The position numbers and the translations under genes are program-made. A DNA stretch of 64,000 bases from TPA_inf: Saccharomyces (lineage: Eukaryota), in NCBI GenBank assembly GCA_000146045.2, contig BK006938.2, positions 128,001 through 192,000 of the forward strand. The letters are read 5' to 3'. Of the stretch, positions 1 to 10,290 are shown piece by piece (the first letter of the stretch is position 1; the number at the start of each line of letters is the position of its first letter). The notes beneath the pieces were generated by a model, which was given only the letters and a program-made list of their open reading frames with translations, had not been told where the DNA came from and did no database searches.

Positions 1-1
1 T

Positions 2-997
2 GTCAAGGAAGTTTCAAAGAGCTACCCAATATCTGAGGGGCCTGAGAGAGCCAACGAATTAGTAGAATCCTATAGAAAGGCTTCAAATAAAGCTTATTTT
101 GAGTGGACTATTGAGGCCAGAGATCTTTCTCTGTTGGGTTCCCATGTTCGTAAAGCTACCTACCAGACTTACGCTCCAATTCTTTATGAGAATGACCACT
201 TTTTCGACTACATGCAAAAAAGTAAGTTTCATCTCACCATTGAAGGTCCAAAAGTACTTGCTTATTTACTTGGTTTATGGATTGGTGATGGATTGTCTGA
301 CAGGGCAACTTTTTCGGTTGATTCCAGAGATACTTCTTTGATGGAACGTGTTACTGAATATGCTGAAAAGTTGAATTTGTGCGCCGAGTATAAGGACAGA
401 AAAGAACCACAAGTTGCCAAAACTGTTAATTTGTACTCTAAAGTTGTCAGAGGTAATGGTATTCGCAATAATCTTAATACTGAGAATCCATTATGGGACG
501 CTATTGTTGGCTTAGGATTCTTGAAGGACGGTGTCAAAAATATTCCTTCTTTCTTGTCTACGGACAATATCGGTACTCGTGAAACATTTCTTGCTGGTCT
601 AATTGATTCTGATGGCTATGTTACTGATGAGCATGGTATTAAAGCAACAATAAAGACAATTCATACTTCTGTCAGAGATGGTTTGGTTTCCCTTGCTCGT
701 TCTTTAGGCTTAGTAGTCTCGGTTAACGCAGAACCTGCTAAGGTTGACATGAATGGCACCAAACATAAAATTAGTTATGCTATTTATATGTCTGGTGGAG
801 ATGTTTTGCTTAACGTTCTTTCGAAGTGTGCCGGCTCTAAAAAATTCAGGCCTGCTCCCGCCGCTGCTTTTGCACGTGAGTGCCGCGGATTTTATTTCGA
901 GTTACAAGAATTGAAGGAAGACGATTATTATGGGATTACTTTATCTGATGATTCTGATCATCAGTTTTTGCTTGCCAACCAGGTTGTCGTCCATAAT
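2..997 (+). mobile_element. VDE: VMA1-derived endonuclease (VDE / PI-SceI) intein, C-terminal portion. It is a LAGLIDADG homing endonuclease and protein-splicing element inserted in frame in VMA1.
   Basis: Two LAGLIDADG blocks are present: LLGLWIGDG (266..292) and LAGLIDSDG (590..616). The C-terminal splice junction ...VVVHN|C has His-Asn at 992..997 and Cys at 998..1000. There is no intervening stop codon. It matches the known S. cerevisiae VMA1 intein. Confidence 0.95.
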
Positions 998-2002
998 TGC
1001 GGAGAAAGAGGTAATGAAATGGCAGAAGTCTTGATGGAATTCCCAGAGTTATATACTGAAATGAGCGGTACTAAAGAACCAATTATGAAGCGTACTACTT
1101 TGGTCGCTAATACATCTAACATGCCGGTTGCAGCCAGAGAAGCTTCTATTTACACTGGTATCACTCTTGCAGAATACTTCAGAGATCAAGGTAAAAATGT
1201 TTCTATGATTGCAGACTCTTCTTCAAGATGGGCTGAAGCTTTGAGAGAAATTTCTGGTCGTTTGGGTGAGATGCCTGCTGATCAAGGTTTCCCAGCTTAT
1301 TTGGGTGCTAAGTTGGCCTCCTTTTACGAAAGAGCCGGTAAAGCTGTTGCTTTAGGTTCCCCAGATCGTACTGGTTCCGTTTCCATCGTTGCTGCCGTTT
1401 CGCCAGCCGGTGGTGATTTCTCAGATCCTGTTACTACTGCTACATTGGGTATCACTCAAGTCTTTTGGGGTTTAGACAAGAAATTGGCTCAAAGAAAGCA
1501 TTTCCCATCTATCAACACATCTGTTTCTTACTCCAAATACACTAATGTCTTGAACAAGTTTTATGATTCCAATTACCCTGAATTTCCTGTTTTAAGAGAT
1601 CGTATGAAGGAAATTCTATCAAACGCTGAAGAATTAGAACAAGTTGTTCAATTAGTTGGTAAATCGGCCTTGTCTGATAGTGATAAGATTACTTTGGATG
1701 TTGCCACTTTAATCAAGGAAGATTTCTTGCAACAAAATGGTTACTCCACTTATGATGCTTTCTGTCCAATTTGGAAGACATTTGATATGATGAGAGCCTT
1801 CATCTCGTATCATGACGAAGCTCAAAAAGCTGTTGCTAATGGTGCCAACTGGTCAAAACTAGCTGACTCTACTGGTGACGTTAAGCATGCCGTTTCTTCA
1901 TCTAAATTTTTTGAACCAAGCAGGGGTGAAAAGGAAGTCCATGGCGAATTCGAAAAATTGTTGAGCACTATGCAAGAAAGATTTGCTGAATCTACCGATT
2001 AA
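2..2002 (+). CDS. VMA1: Vacuolar H+-ATPase catalytic subunit A, 3' part of the gene. The 5' end lies upstream of the window. The frame runs open from base 2. Positions 2..997 encode the C-terminal ~332 residues of the VDE intein and 998..2002 encode the C-extein through the stop codon.
   Basis: The translation reads through ...[51 protein letters not shown]... (intein), then ...[76 protein letters not shown]... (V-ATPase A subunit C-terminal domain). The ORF-track start at 134 is a TTG artefact; there is no stop between 2 and 134 in this frame. Confidence 0.97.
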   Translation, partial: VKEVSKSYPISEGPERANELVESYRKASNKAYFEWTIEARDLSLLGSHVRKATYQTYAPILYENDHFFDYMQKSKFHLTIEGPKVLAYLLGLWIGDGLSDRATFSVDSRDTSLMERVTEYAEKLNLCAEYKDRKEPQVAKTVNLYSKVVRGNGIRNNLNTENPLWDAIVGLGFLKDGVKNIPSFLSTDNIGTRETFLAGLIDSDGYVTDEHGIKATIKTIHTSVRDGLVSLARSLGLVVSVNAEPAKVDMNGTKHKISYAIYMSGGDVLLNVLSKCAGSKKFRPAPAAAFARECRGFYFELQELKEDDYYGITLSDDSDHQFLLANQVVVHNCGERGNEMAEVLMEFPELYTEMSGTKEPIMKRTTLVANTSNMPVAAREASIYTGITLAEYFRDQGKNVSMIADSSSRWAEALREISGRLGEMPADQGFPAYLGAKLASFYERAGKAVALGSPDRTGSVSIVAAVSPAGGDFSDPVTTATLGITQVFWGLDKKLAQRKHFPSINTSVSYSKYTNVLNKFYDSNYPEFPVLRDRMKEILSNAEELEQVVQLVGKSALSDSDKITLDVATLIKEDFLQQNGYSTYDAFCPIWKTFDMMRAFISYHDEAQKAVANGANWSKLADSTGDVKHAVSSSKFFEPSRGEKEVHGEFEKLLSTMQERFAESTD

Positions 2003-2406
2003 GATATATGTAGCATTTATCTTCTGGTATATTTGTTAGATGTCTTTTCTTCGTATTTCAAAAAATTTATATAGGCGTATGTTAATAAGATAAAAAATAA
2101 TTAAAGGAAATTAACAGATGTACCTCAATGAAATGACACAGTAACATAATACAAGACTTGCCAAGCACAATTACAATGATAAATAACTTTTGTTTTCAAA
2201 AAAACGGACAATTGATTAAACTATGTGAGACATATATAAAGCACTATATAAATAGTAGGCAATGGTTTACACCCCACCGTGAGATTAGTATGCAATTTAG
2301 ATCCATTATGAGGTAGAATAGAAACTAACATGTTAATTCATCAATGACATTACGATACTCTTGAAAGAATTTAAAACAAAATTAGAGTTATTTACTCATA
2401 ATCCGC

Positions 2407-2484
2407 TTATTTGGATCTGGCTCTCACCTTCCGTCTCTTTCTCTTAAGTCTTCTAGTTCTCTTCTTTCTCCACTTGGCTCTCAT
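2407..2484 (-). CDS. RPL41A: Ribosomal 60S subunit protein L41 (25 aa). It is missing from the ORF track because it is too short.
   Basis: The reverse complement of 2407..2484 reads atgagagccaagtggagaaagaagagaactagaagacttaagagaaagagacggaaggtgagagccagatccaaataa, which translates to [25 protein letters not shown]. It is at the expected position between VMA1 and YDL183C. Confidence 0.93.
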
Positions 2485-2870
2485 TTCGATTGAATCGATG
2501 TGGTCTGGTTCTTTTAGTACAAAATGGAACGGATATAAGATAAATGAGAGTTGCTTAGAAGTCCAGTTTTATAGAAGACGAGGTCAGTTTCGTCTTGTTA
2601 AAATATCGTCCATCTGCCATGGGGAAAAGTGAAACTTTCGGGTAGGGTAATGAGGCCAGCCTTGCCTGGGAAAAAGTTAGGGGTCAGTTACTTTTAAGAG
2701 TTCATTGATCGAGAGCGCGTGGAAAAAATTCTAGAAAGAAAGCTATAAAATGTGCGGATGTTTGTATATGTCAAAGGTGTACGGGAGCGCATCAGAAAAG
2801 TACAGTCTAATTTTCGAACGCTCAGGAATACCTGTTATGTATATTTACATGAGATAGTGGACAATCTACA

Positions 2871-3833
2871 TTAAATTTTGTTTTTCTCTTGAGATTTCGA
2901 TTCTTGAAGGATGACTTTGTTCAAGTCGCTTTCTAGTTCATGAACCTCTAAGAAATCTAAGATCAACGGAAGGGTTTTCTTGTTAAGTAGTAATTCTGGT
3001 GCACCTTTTGATTCCTTTTGATTGCCCTGCGTACGGCTGCTGGTCCCACGTTTATATACTTCCGTATATCCCAACAGTTCCCTGAATTCTAAATTTTGTT
3101 TTGAACTTTCCAGTAGACTCTTCAAGTGCTTAGCACCAAGGTAAGCTTTGATATTAACATAAGCTCTATAAGATAGGTAGAACCCTGGAACATTTGGTAT
3201 AAGCGGTATTAAAATTAGAGGAATTGTCAGCGGGAGACCTAAAAGGCAATATAAAGTCCATTTTTTGTGATAAATTAAGCCTTCTTGGTAGAGCTTTTTC
3301 ATTTGTCTCAAGCACTCATCAGGGCTAGAAATTCCAGGGGGATAATACACGTGTAAGGGTTGAGTATCGACCTGTTCTGCCTTTACGGTATAATCTTTCA
3401 ATGTGAGTCGAATCTCTTGGGTCTTATCTTTCTCTCCCTTAATTCTCTTCAATATATAGCTTTCACTTGGTATGGTTAACAGACTATTTTCTGACCAGGG
3501 TGTGCTATTTAACAGAGACTGCACCATGGACACTATTTTTTTATTATACGATTTAGGGGACTTTTTCAGTTTTCTCCAAAGCTTTGCTGATTTCTCAACG
3601 ATCCACTTTTCTGCTTTTAATATTCTAGACTGACTATTAAAGAGATTATCGGTATGCTTATAGTAAATGAATGATTCTTTGTCCGTTATTGGTATCACAG
3701 TCACTTTAACAGGATCATGCAGATATTTTTGGAGTGAAGCCTTTTCAAGTTTTGTTGAATACGCCCTCATTCCGTAGAACAGTCGAGAAGTGGCAGTTAT
3801 ACTAGTTGGCGGTATAAATATTGAACGTATCAT
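2871..3833 (-). CDS. MRX19: YDL183C, a mitochondrial inner-membrane protein of poorly defined function (320 aa).
   Basis: The ORF 2871..3851 starts on a GTG artefact. The first ATG (reverse complement at 3831..3833) gives MIRSIFIPPTSITATSRLFYGMRAYSTKLEK... and 320 aa, the reference length. The position matches YDL183C. Confidence 0.85.
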   Translation of the reverse strand: MIRSIFIPPTSITATSRLFYGMRAYSTKLEKASLQKYLHDPVKVTVIPITDKESFIYYKHTDNLFNSQSRILKAEKWIVEKSAKLWRKLKKSPKSYNKKIVSMVQSLLNSTPWSENSLLTIPSESYILKRIKGEKDKTQEIRLTLKDYTVKAEQVDTQPLHVYYPPGISSPDECLRQMKKLYQEGLIYHKKWTLYCLLGLPLTIPLILIPLIPNVPGFYLSYRAYVNIKAYLGAKHLKSLLESSKQNLEFRELLGYTEVYKRGTSSRTQGNQKESKGAPELLLNKKTLPLILDFLEVHELESDLNKVILQESKSQEKNKI

Positions 3834-4862
3834 CTTTAATCTAAAATACACCGGATGAAGTTTTGGTATTGTGATAAAATGATTCTATCGATGAAGAGCA
3901 ATGATATGGATACTGCTACGTTGAAAAGGAAAAATTTCATGGCTAACTAGTAACTGAAACTGTGCCAGATAGCACACCCTTTAGATACTATCTTGGCACA
4001 ATGCCCGATGCTTACTCCCCGGCGGAGACAGCCGTCAAGTCCATCCATCCAAAAGTGGAGGAAAAACAAGAAAATAAAGCTATCGAACAAGGAGCGTTGA
4101 AGTAAGAAAAACAAACGAAGAACTGAATAAACACAGCCTGCTTCAAATTATGGAAGGAGCTGTTACACATGGTAATTTTCTTATTTTTTTTGATAGATGG
4201 TGGAAAGTGGTAGCGTGGAAGTTGCGGATTATCACGACGTTTTATGGGCTCTAAATCGGTATAAGCTCAACAAATGGTTGAGGGCCGAATAAACGAAAAA
4301 TTATTAGACCATAATTGCTACCAGCTGAAAGATTATCTCATTATAATACGCTTGAAACCCTCTAAAATGTCATTCGTAGTTAAGTACACTTTTTTGATCT
4401 CTCCAAGGTTAGCCGCCCATATAAAAAACTCTAGGAACCAAATTTGGTATACTGCGTGCGCTTGAGATTCAGTTTTTGTGTAAATCGGTTGCTGCAAACT
4501 ATTTATATTAATGTTACATCGATGCAAGATTTTAGCCATGTTCCTAGTTTCTTGTCTATGAGCGTTTACTCAACCGAGACTCTTGTTTGCTATTATCTCG
4601 ATTCGACGAACAAACAGTTCCCTGGGTATTCGAACAAAGCACAGTTGGTGATTTTGTTTGAAACTACAGACGTGCTCTCTTTTACAAAATAAATTGTAGG
4701 AAGTGATCCGCACAGGCAGAGGGAATTACAGATCACGCTCCTCTCTTATGACTAATGCACTCAGCATTTTCTCTTCCTTATAAACTCCGTCCACAGTACC
4801 CGATCAGCTGGCTCATCGTTATTCTAAATTAACTGATGACTGATGTTACGTCTGCGTCAAAT

Positions 4863-4913
4863 TCCGCCGGAATATTGCGTAGTTTTAGTAAGAAAAAAAC
4901 AAATTCCGACGGG
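4863..4913. promoter_or_regulatory. Lys14-type UAS: TCCGCCGGA matches the TCCRNYGGA consensus. A degenerate second copy TCCGACGGG lies 33 bp downstream. They are about 570 and 530 bp upstream of LYS20.
   Basis: The first site is at 4863..4871 (ttCCGCCGGaa, near-palindromic) and the second at 4905..4913. Confidence 0.45.
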
Positions 4914-5436
4914 AACTCTCTGCAAGGAAGTTTAAGCGTGGGTTACTTTGCTAGGTTGAGAAAAAGAATTCTTTAGAGGATCACACGTAGTAAAAGAAAA
5001 AAAAGATCTCTTCGCGCCACTCCCGGTTTCTCTGTGGATACGGCGTTACTAGCGTTGCAAGTGGCAAAAAAATGAGTAATGTCACAATGGCCTGGCCTTG
5101 TCCCACTATCCCTTATTCATGGTTGAAAAATATGACCAAAATTGCTGGGGAATTTTCTCTTCGGTAGTGGACGACGACGACATTAGAGCAATAGGCAATA
5201 ATTTAATTTGCGCTTTAGGTTCTTGCTGACGATGATGCGTGAGTAATATTATTACCAAGTTTTAAGGGCCTCATCGCTGGCCATTTTTTACACCTGCTTA
5301 AATACCCGATGATGATATATATAAATGATATTGGCTGCTTATCGATAAAGTGTATTTGATATGTTCCCGTTTAGTTTATTCTTGTTTCTTATCTACATAA
5401 CAAACAAAGGAAGGACCCTGTATTGTTTTCCTAAAG

Positions 5437-6723
5437 ATGACTGCTGCTAAACCAAATCCATATGCTGCCAAACCGGGCGACTATCTTTCTAATGTAAATA
5501 ATTTCCAGTTAATCGATTCGACGCTGAGAGAAGGTGAACAATTTGCCAACGCATTCTTCGATACTGAAAAAAAGATCGAAATTGCTAGAGCCTTGGACGA
5601 TTTCGGTGTGGACTACATCGAGTTAACCTCACCAGTAGCATCTGAACAATCAAGAAAGGACTGTGAAGCTATATGTAAACTAGGTTTAAAGGCCAAGATC
5701 CTTACACACATTCGTTGTCATATGGATGACGCCAAAGTCGCCGTAGAGACTGGTGTCGACGGTGTCGATGTCGTTATCGGCACCTCCAAATTTTTAAGAC
5801 AATATTCCCACGGTAAGGATATGAACTACATCGCCAAGAGTGCTGTTGAAGTCATTGAATTTGTCAAATCCAAAGGTATTGAAATCAGATTTTCCTCTGA
5901 AGATTCCTTCAGAAGTGATCTCGTTGATCTTTTGAACATTTATAAAACCGTTGACAAGATCGGTGTAAATAGAGTCGGTATTGCCGACACAGTTGGATGT
6001 GCCAACCCAAGACAAGTATATGAACTGATCAGAACTTTGAAGAGTGTTGTTTCATGTGACATCGAATGCCATTTCCACAACGATACTGGTTGTGCCATTG
6101 CAAACGCCTACACTGCTTTGGAAGGTGGTGCCAGATTGATTGACGTCAGTGTACTGGGTATTGGTGAAAGAAACGGTATCACTCCTCTAGGTGGGCTCAT
6201 GGCAAGAATGATTGTTGCCGCACCAGACTATGTCAAGTCCAAATACAAGTTGCACAAGATCAGAGACATTGAAAACCTGGTCGCTGATGCTGTGGAAGTT
6301 AACATTCCATTCAACAACCCTATCACCGGGTTCTGTGCATTCACACATAAAGCAGGTATCCATGCCAAGGCCATTTTGGCTAACCCATCTACCTACGAAA
6401 TCTTGGACCCTCACGATTTCGGTATGAAGAGGTATATCCACTTCGCCAACAGACTAACTGGCTGGAACGCCATCAAAGCCAGAGTCGACCAGTTGAACTT
6501 GAACTTGACGGATGACCAAATCAAGGAAGTTACTGCTAAGATTAAGAAGCTGGGTGATGTCAGATCGCTGAATATCGATGATGTTGACTCTATCATCAAG
6601 AACTTCCACGCAGAGGTCAGCACTCCTCAAGTACTATCTGCAAAAAAGAACAAGAAGAATGACAGCGATGTACCGGAACTGGCCACCATCCCCGCCGCCA
6701 AGCGGACTAAGCCATCCGCCTAA
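5437..6723 (+). CDS. LYS20: Homocitrate synthase isozyme (lysine biosynthesis), 428 aa.
   Basis: [66 protein letters not shown]... is an HMGL-like/IPMS-family fold. ATG at 5437 confirmed. Confidence 0.95.
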   Translation: MTAAKPNPYAAKPGDYLSNVNNFQLIDSTLREGEQFANAFFDTEKKIEIARALDDFGVDYIELTSPVASEQSRKDCEAICKLGLKAKILTHIRCHMDDAKVAVETGVDGVDVVIGTSKFLRQYSHGKDMNYIAKSAVEVIEFVKSKGIEIRFSSEDSFRSDLVDLLNIYKTVDKIGVNRVGIADTVGCANPRQVYELIRTLKSVVSCDIECHFHNDTGCAIANAYTALEGGARLIDVSVLGIGERNGITPLGGLMARMIVAAPDYVKSKYKLHKIRDIENLVADAVEVNIPFNNPITGFCAFTHKAGIHAKAILANPSTYEILDPHDFGMKRYIHFANRLTGWNAIKARVDQLNLNLTDDQIKEVTAKIKKLGDVRSLNIDDVDSIIKNFHAEVSTPQVLSAKKNKKNDSDVPELATIPAAKRTKPSA

Positions 6724-7178
6724 CGTTCCCAAACCATTACATTATGTTCTTTCACTTATTACATACGATATATAGCATCTACATCTACATATCTAAATGA
6801 TGTTTTTTCCCATCTACTTTGTCCGATACGCATTAAAAGAAGAAGATTTACTCTCCCGTGATGCCGGGCCAATCAGACGCGCGCATTCGCGGCAGAATAA
6901 GGGGAGGCTGCTGCGGGTACCAAATATCCAGATATTCACAATTATGCCAATCAACTGTCTAGTTGCTGACACCCATCGTTTTCCACTGCAACGAGGTTTT
7001 GGGGCTAGAAAAGGCGTTAACAATCGTTAGAGAAGGAGGGGTTCATAACTTGACTTGTTGTATCTTGTTTAAAACTTTCTTTGAATTTGTTCGTGGTTGA
7101 ATTTGTTTTTGCTATCCCAAAGGAGTGCATTTTACACGCATTACTACAGCACACTTTTATACAGTTCCACAATAGAAT

Positions 7179-7436
7179 ATGTTACCACGTTCAGCATTAG
7201 CACGCTCATTGCAATTACAGCGCGGTGTGGCCGCAAGGTTCTACTCTGAAGGTTCTACCGGCACCCCAAGAGGGTCAGGCTCAGAGGATTCGTTTGTTAA
7301 AAGGGAAAGGGCCACGGAAGACTTCTTCGTTAGGCAGCGTGAGAAGGAGCAACTACGCCATTTGAAAGAACAACTGGAAAAACAACGAAAGAAGATTGAT
7401 TCTTTGGAAAATAAAATTGACTCGATGACCAAATAA
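7179..7436 (+). CDS. INH1: Mitochondrial F1F0-ATPase inhibitor protein (85 aa).
   Basis: MLPRSALARSLQLQRGVAARFYSEGSTGTPRGSGSEDSFVKRERATEDFFVRQREKEQLRHLKEQLEKQRKKIDSLENKIDSMTK has a mitochondrial presequence plus an IF1-type coiled coil. ATG at 7179 confirmed. Confidence 0.92.
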   Translation: MLPRSALARSLQLQRGVAARFYSEGSTGTPRGSGSEDSFVKRERATEDFFVRQREKEQLRHLKEQLEKQRKKIDSLENKIDSMTK

Positions 7437-7456
7437 TCATGCGTTTCCGCAGAAGC

Positions 7457-7474
7457 TTTTTTTTTTTTTTTTTT
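7457..7474. repeat. T18 homopolymer immediately 3' of INH1.
   Basis: agaagcttttttttttttttttttagaa. Confidence 0.9.
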
Positions 7475-7895
7475 AGAATATTCTTACTCTTTTATAGTCA
7501 AACAGCAGAAAAACTATATAATAATACATCACACTGAGCTTTTGCATTTTCGATAACTATCATTCTAGTTTTCCTCTGGTTTGAATTTTCCTCTTGTCTG
7601 TCTGACTAATGTCACTCATTATTTCCACTTCGCGCAAAGTTCGTCCCAATGCGGAAAGGCATAGAAAGATAGGAACAGTGTGGAACATGGAAAAGTTCCA
7701 AATAACGTCAATAGTCCATACTTAAGATACGAAATTTCAAAATTCCTTCTTTTTTGTTTCAACAAGCTTAGCCTAACACCAAGAATATACTTAGCATCTC
7801 TTCGCATTCAAAATTTCTCTTCCATTCTTTGACGTTTTAAATCATACCTCGTATTCTTTACACAAAAGAAAGATACCTGTGAAATATATCTGAAT

Positions 7896-9539
7896 ATGGT
7901 CCGATTAAATCATGCAGCATCATATTTTATGCCTATTTTCTGCTCCACAAGGCCTCACATAGTGATACTTTCTGCGCTGTTTAGTATTTCACTGTTTTCA
8001 CTATTCTATGCGTCGTCCGAATTACTGCTACACCAGTATGATGATCCATTGATGTTCAAACCAAATTCGCAGGACTATTTCAGGACCTTTCTTTTGGGGC
8101 TTTTTTCACCATTTCTTTATTATTTCCTGAAGACCTTTCTATTCAATATAAATCAAAGGTTTTTAATATTGAACCTGATAGTGGATTTTCCTATCAACGA
8201 CGTCTTTATGCTTTTGATACTGATTGGTTTAGCGTACCCTCAGGTGCAAGATCACGAAGGCGGTACGATCAAGCATAAGGAATGTTCTTGGCACATCATT
8301 CCAAGACAAGCCTATATCTTTGGTATATCATGGGCCCTGGGTGAATTCACCATATGCATAATAGGGAATTTGTTTAACTACCAAGAAATCGCCGATCCAA
8401 ACATTAATAGTGGCTTCACACACCAGGAAAGCGCCAACACTTACTGTAACAATAATGATATGAGCCATAACGATGACTGCGGTTGTAGTACAGAATATCG
8501 CCCCAACGTCGTAGACAGAAGTGATATTACGTTGTCCAAATGTATTGAAGTAAGAAATGACTCATCTTCCATATCGAATAACGTATACTCGTCTGAGTAC
8601 CATCCAATCAAACCTCTACGTTCATCGTCATCAACTTATGGCAGCATACGACAGCAACCTCATGAAAATAAGAAGCAGCTGCATGTACCAGATAATTCGC
8701 AGGACGATACAATTATCATGATGAACCCCATCGACAATTCATTAAAGTTGACAACTCTAGATACGGGTGATTTGAGTTTCCCCATAGACGAAGAACAGCC
8801 CATTTTGAAGAAATCTTTTGGTTATACATGGGCAGTTCCTAATGAAAATACACAAAATACTACTAAAAGCTTCACACCGATAAAGAGATTTATTGCATTT
8901 AGCACGGCATACCAGTTGGTCACCGGTTTATTGTTAATGATATTGGTAGTTGGTAGTAATATCATGTTGACAATTGGGGAATCATTGATTCTGTCGATGT
9001 ATTTCGTCTATGTTCGCGGCCATGAAGGATTATTTACTCCCGTGGTGAACTACTTCGGCTCAAGAACCATTTCAAATTTCATCTTATGCGTAATAATTCC
9101 TTTCATATCTCTAAACTTCCTCATCAACACTTCGATATATTTAAGAAGAGAGCTAGACGATTGGTTTAATAATTCACAGGGGGAGTTTGAGGACGACGAC
9201 GAAAATACTATCAGTAAGAGAGTAGCTACAAATCAAGAGTACCAACATCCACTGAGTGCTAATTACATTTCGATGGATAGTCCTGATGTAATAAATAGCA
9301 GCCCGGGTCACTTCGGGATGAATTCAGGCCAGTTGTTAGGTAATACGACGTTATATTATGGTAGTTTAAATGGGGATGATGATGATATGACCAACGACTC
9401 CGCTTTACTAAGATTCTGCAAGAAGCTAGTCAAAAATTGGAGGGCTTTGGCAAGAAATGATTCTTTTGTACTTGGAGTAATGGTTTCTTGGAGTCTTCTT
9501 GTTTTTGTAACGGGAATACTTTCAACAGTTTATATATAG
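7896..9539 (+). CDS. YDL180W, an uncharacterised multi-pass membrane protein (547 aa).
   Basis: ATG at 7896. It has hydrophobic segments at the N-terminus (…IVILSALFSISLFSLFYASS…, …LILNLIVDFPINDVFMLLILIGLAY…) and C-terminus (…LVTGLLLMILVVGSNIMLTIG…, …VLGVMVSWSLLVFVTGILSTVYI), with a Ser/Asn/Asp-rich soluble middle. Position and length match YDL180W. Confidence 0.85.
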   Translation: MVRLNHAASYFMPIFCSTRPHIVILSALFSISLFSLFYASSELLLHQYDDPLMFKPNSQDYFRTFLLGLFSPFLYYFLKTFLFNINQRFLILNLIVDFPINDVFMLLILIGLAYPQVQDHEGGTIKHKECSWHIIPRQAYIFGISWALGEFTICIIGNLFNYQEIADPNINSGFTHQESANTYCNNNDMSHNDDCGCSTEYRPNVVDRSDITLSKCIEVRNDSSSISNNVYSSEYHPIKPLRSSSSTYGSIRQQPHENKKQLHVPDNSQDDTIIMMNPIDNSLKLTTLDTGDLSFPIDEEQPILKKSFGYTWAVPNENTQNTTKSFTPIKRFIAFSTAYQLVTGLLLMILVVGSNIMLTIGESLILSMYFVYVRGHEGLFTPVVNYFGSRTISNFILCVIIPFISLNFLINTSIYLRRELDDWFNNSQGEFEDDDENTISKRVATNQEYQHPLSANYISMDSPDVINSSPGHFGMNSGQLLGNTTLYYGSLNGDDDDMTNDSALLRFCKKLVKNWRALARNDSFVLGVMVSWSLLVFVTGILSTVYI

Positions 9540-9791
9540 CATATAAGTAACGACCGTGCACATATTAGGGTGTTCATATCTTGAAAAATCTTTATGTTAT
9601 CCATTTTACTTTAGGGGAGGTGGAGCTTAATAATAAAATTTACATAAGAACAACAATCTGTAAGTAATTATAAAAATATATTAAAGGGACATTTTAACCC
9701 TACTTTAAAAGTTTAACTACATCAGTGGTTCATCAATCAAAGGTTATGCAAGGTAGAAATTTGTCCAAAAGAAAATAGATCATGCATCATT

Positions 9792-9929
9792 CAATATGGA
9801 GCTCACACTGTATGCTACAATTTGGCCTCCATTCATAACTGCCAAGATAAAATTTGTTGGCAATATGGAGCTCACACTGTATGCTACAATTTGGCCTCCA
9901 TTCATAACTGCCAAGATAAAATTTGTTGG
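9792..9929. repeat. Perfect tandem duplication of a 69-bp unit (2 full copies plus a 6-bp partial) in the YDL180W-PCL9 intergenic region.
   Basis: caatatggagctcacactgtatgctacaatttggcctccattcataactgccaagataaaatttgttgg occurs at 9792..9860 and identically at 9861..9929, followed by caatat. Confidence 0.95.
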
Positions 9930-9965
9930 CAATATTGAAAATTCTTAAATTAGCGCTGCGCGGAA

Positions 9966-10015
9966 ACCAGCGTCACTAATTTTTTTTTTTATTGCTGCAC
10001 TAAAAAAAAACCAGC
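9966..10015. promoter_or_regulatory. Two ACCAGC (Swi5/Ace2-type) motifs flanking T11/A9 tracts, 275 to 325 bp upstream of PCL9.
   Basis: aACCAGCg at 9966..9971 and aACCAGCt at 10010..10015. PCL9 is known as a Swi5-dependent M/G1 gene. Confidence 0.4.
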
Positions 10016-10290
10016 TCAAGTAGATAATCTTACAAGGGACAAGTAGTCAAGCCTTGCTTATTATAATTCTGTTTAACGGTGCAGTGAGTTTGGACATTCA
10101 TGCAACGTGGTAAATATGTGTCTCTTTGCTTCTGTATTTAAGCATTTGGGCAGCTTGCGGTCAGTAGAAGAGTGCATCGACATTCATAGATCTCTAATAA
10201 CATATATTTAAGTGGATATACGCAAAGAAAGGACAAGAAAACTTGTTTCGGTAACAGCATTATTAATTCTGAAGAAATACGCACAAAGAG

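Noticed and set aside
262-567. 101-aa minus-strand ORF inside the VDE intein coding region.
   Set aside because: It is antisense to a strongly supported coding sequence and has no recognisable domain. It is a typical shadow ORF.
2233-2257. TATA-like cluster catatataaagcactatataaatag in the VMA1/RPL41A convergent 3' region.
   Set aside because: It lies downstream of both genes, and AT-rich terminator regions commonly contain TATA-like strings. There is no evidence for an independent transcript.
2411-2632. 73-aa plus-strand ORF ([15 protein letters not shown]…).
   Set aside because: It is the antisense of RPL41A; the Leu/Ser/Phe composition is the complement of Arg/Lys codons. The real gene is the 25-aa minus-strand ORF.
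4274-4692. Three overlapping 63 to 82-aa ORFs in the long YDL183C-LYS20 intergenic region.
   Set aside because: They are short and mutually overlapping, with no motif or codon-bias signal I can see. They would need conservation or ribosome-profiling evidence.
7061-7075. 10-mer tgttgtatct resembling the start of a Ty3 sigma LTR.
   Set aside because: Similarity does not extend beyond 10 nt. No target-site duplication or tRNA gene is nearby. It is most likely coincidence.
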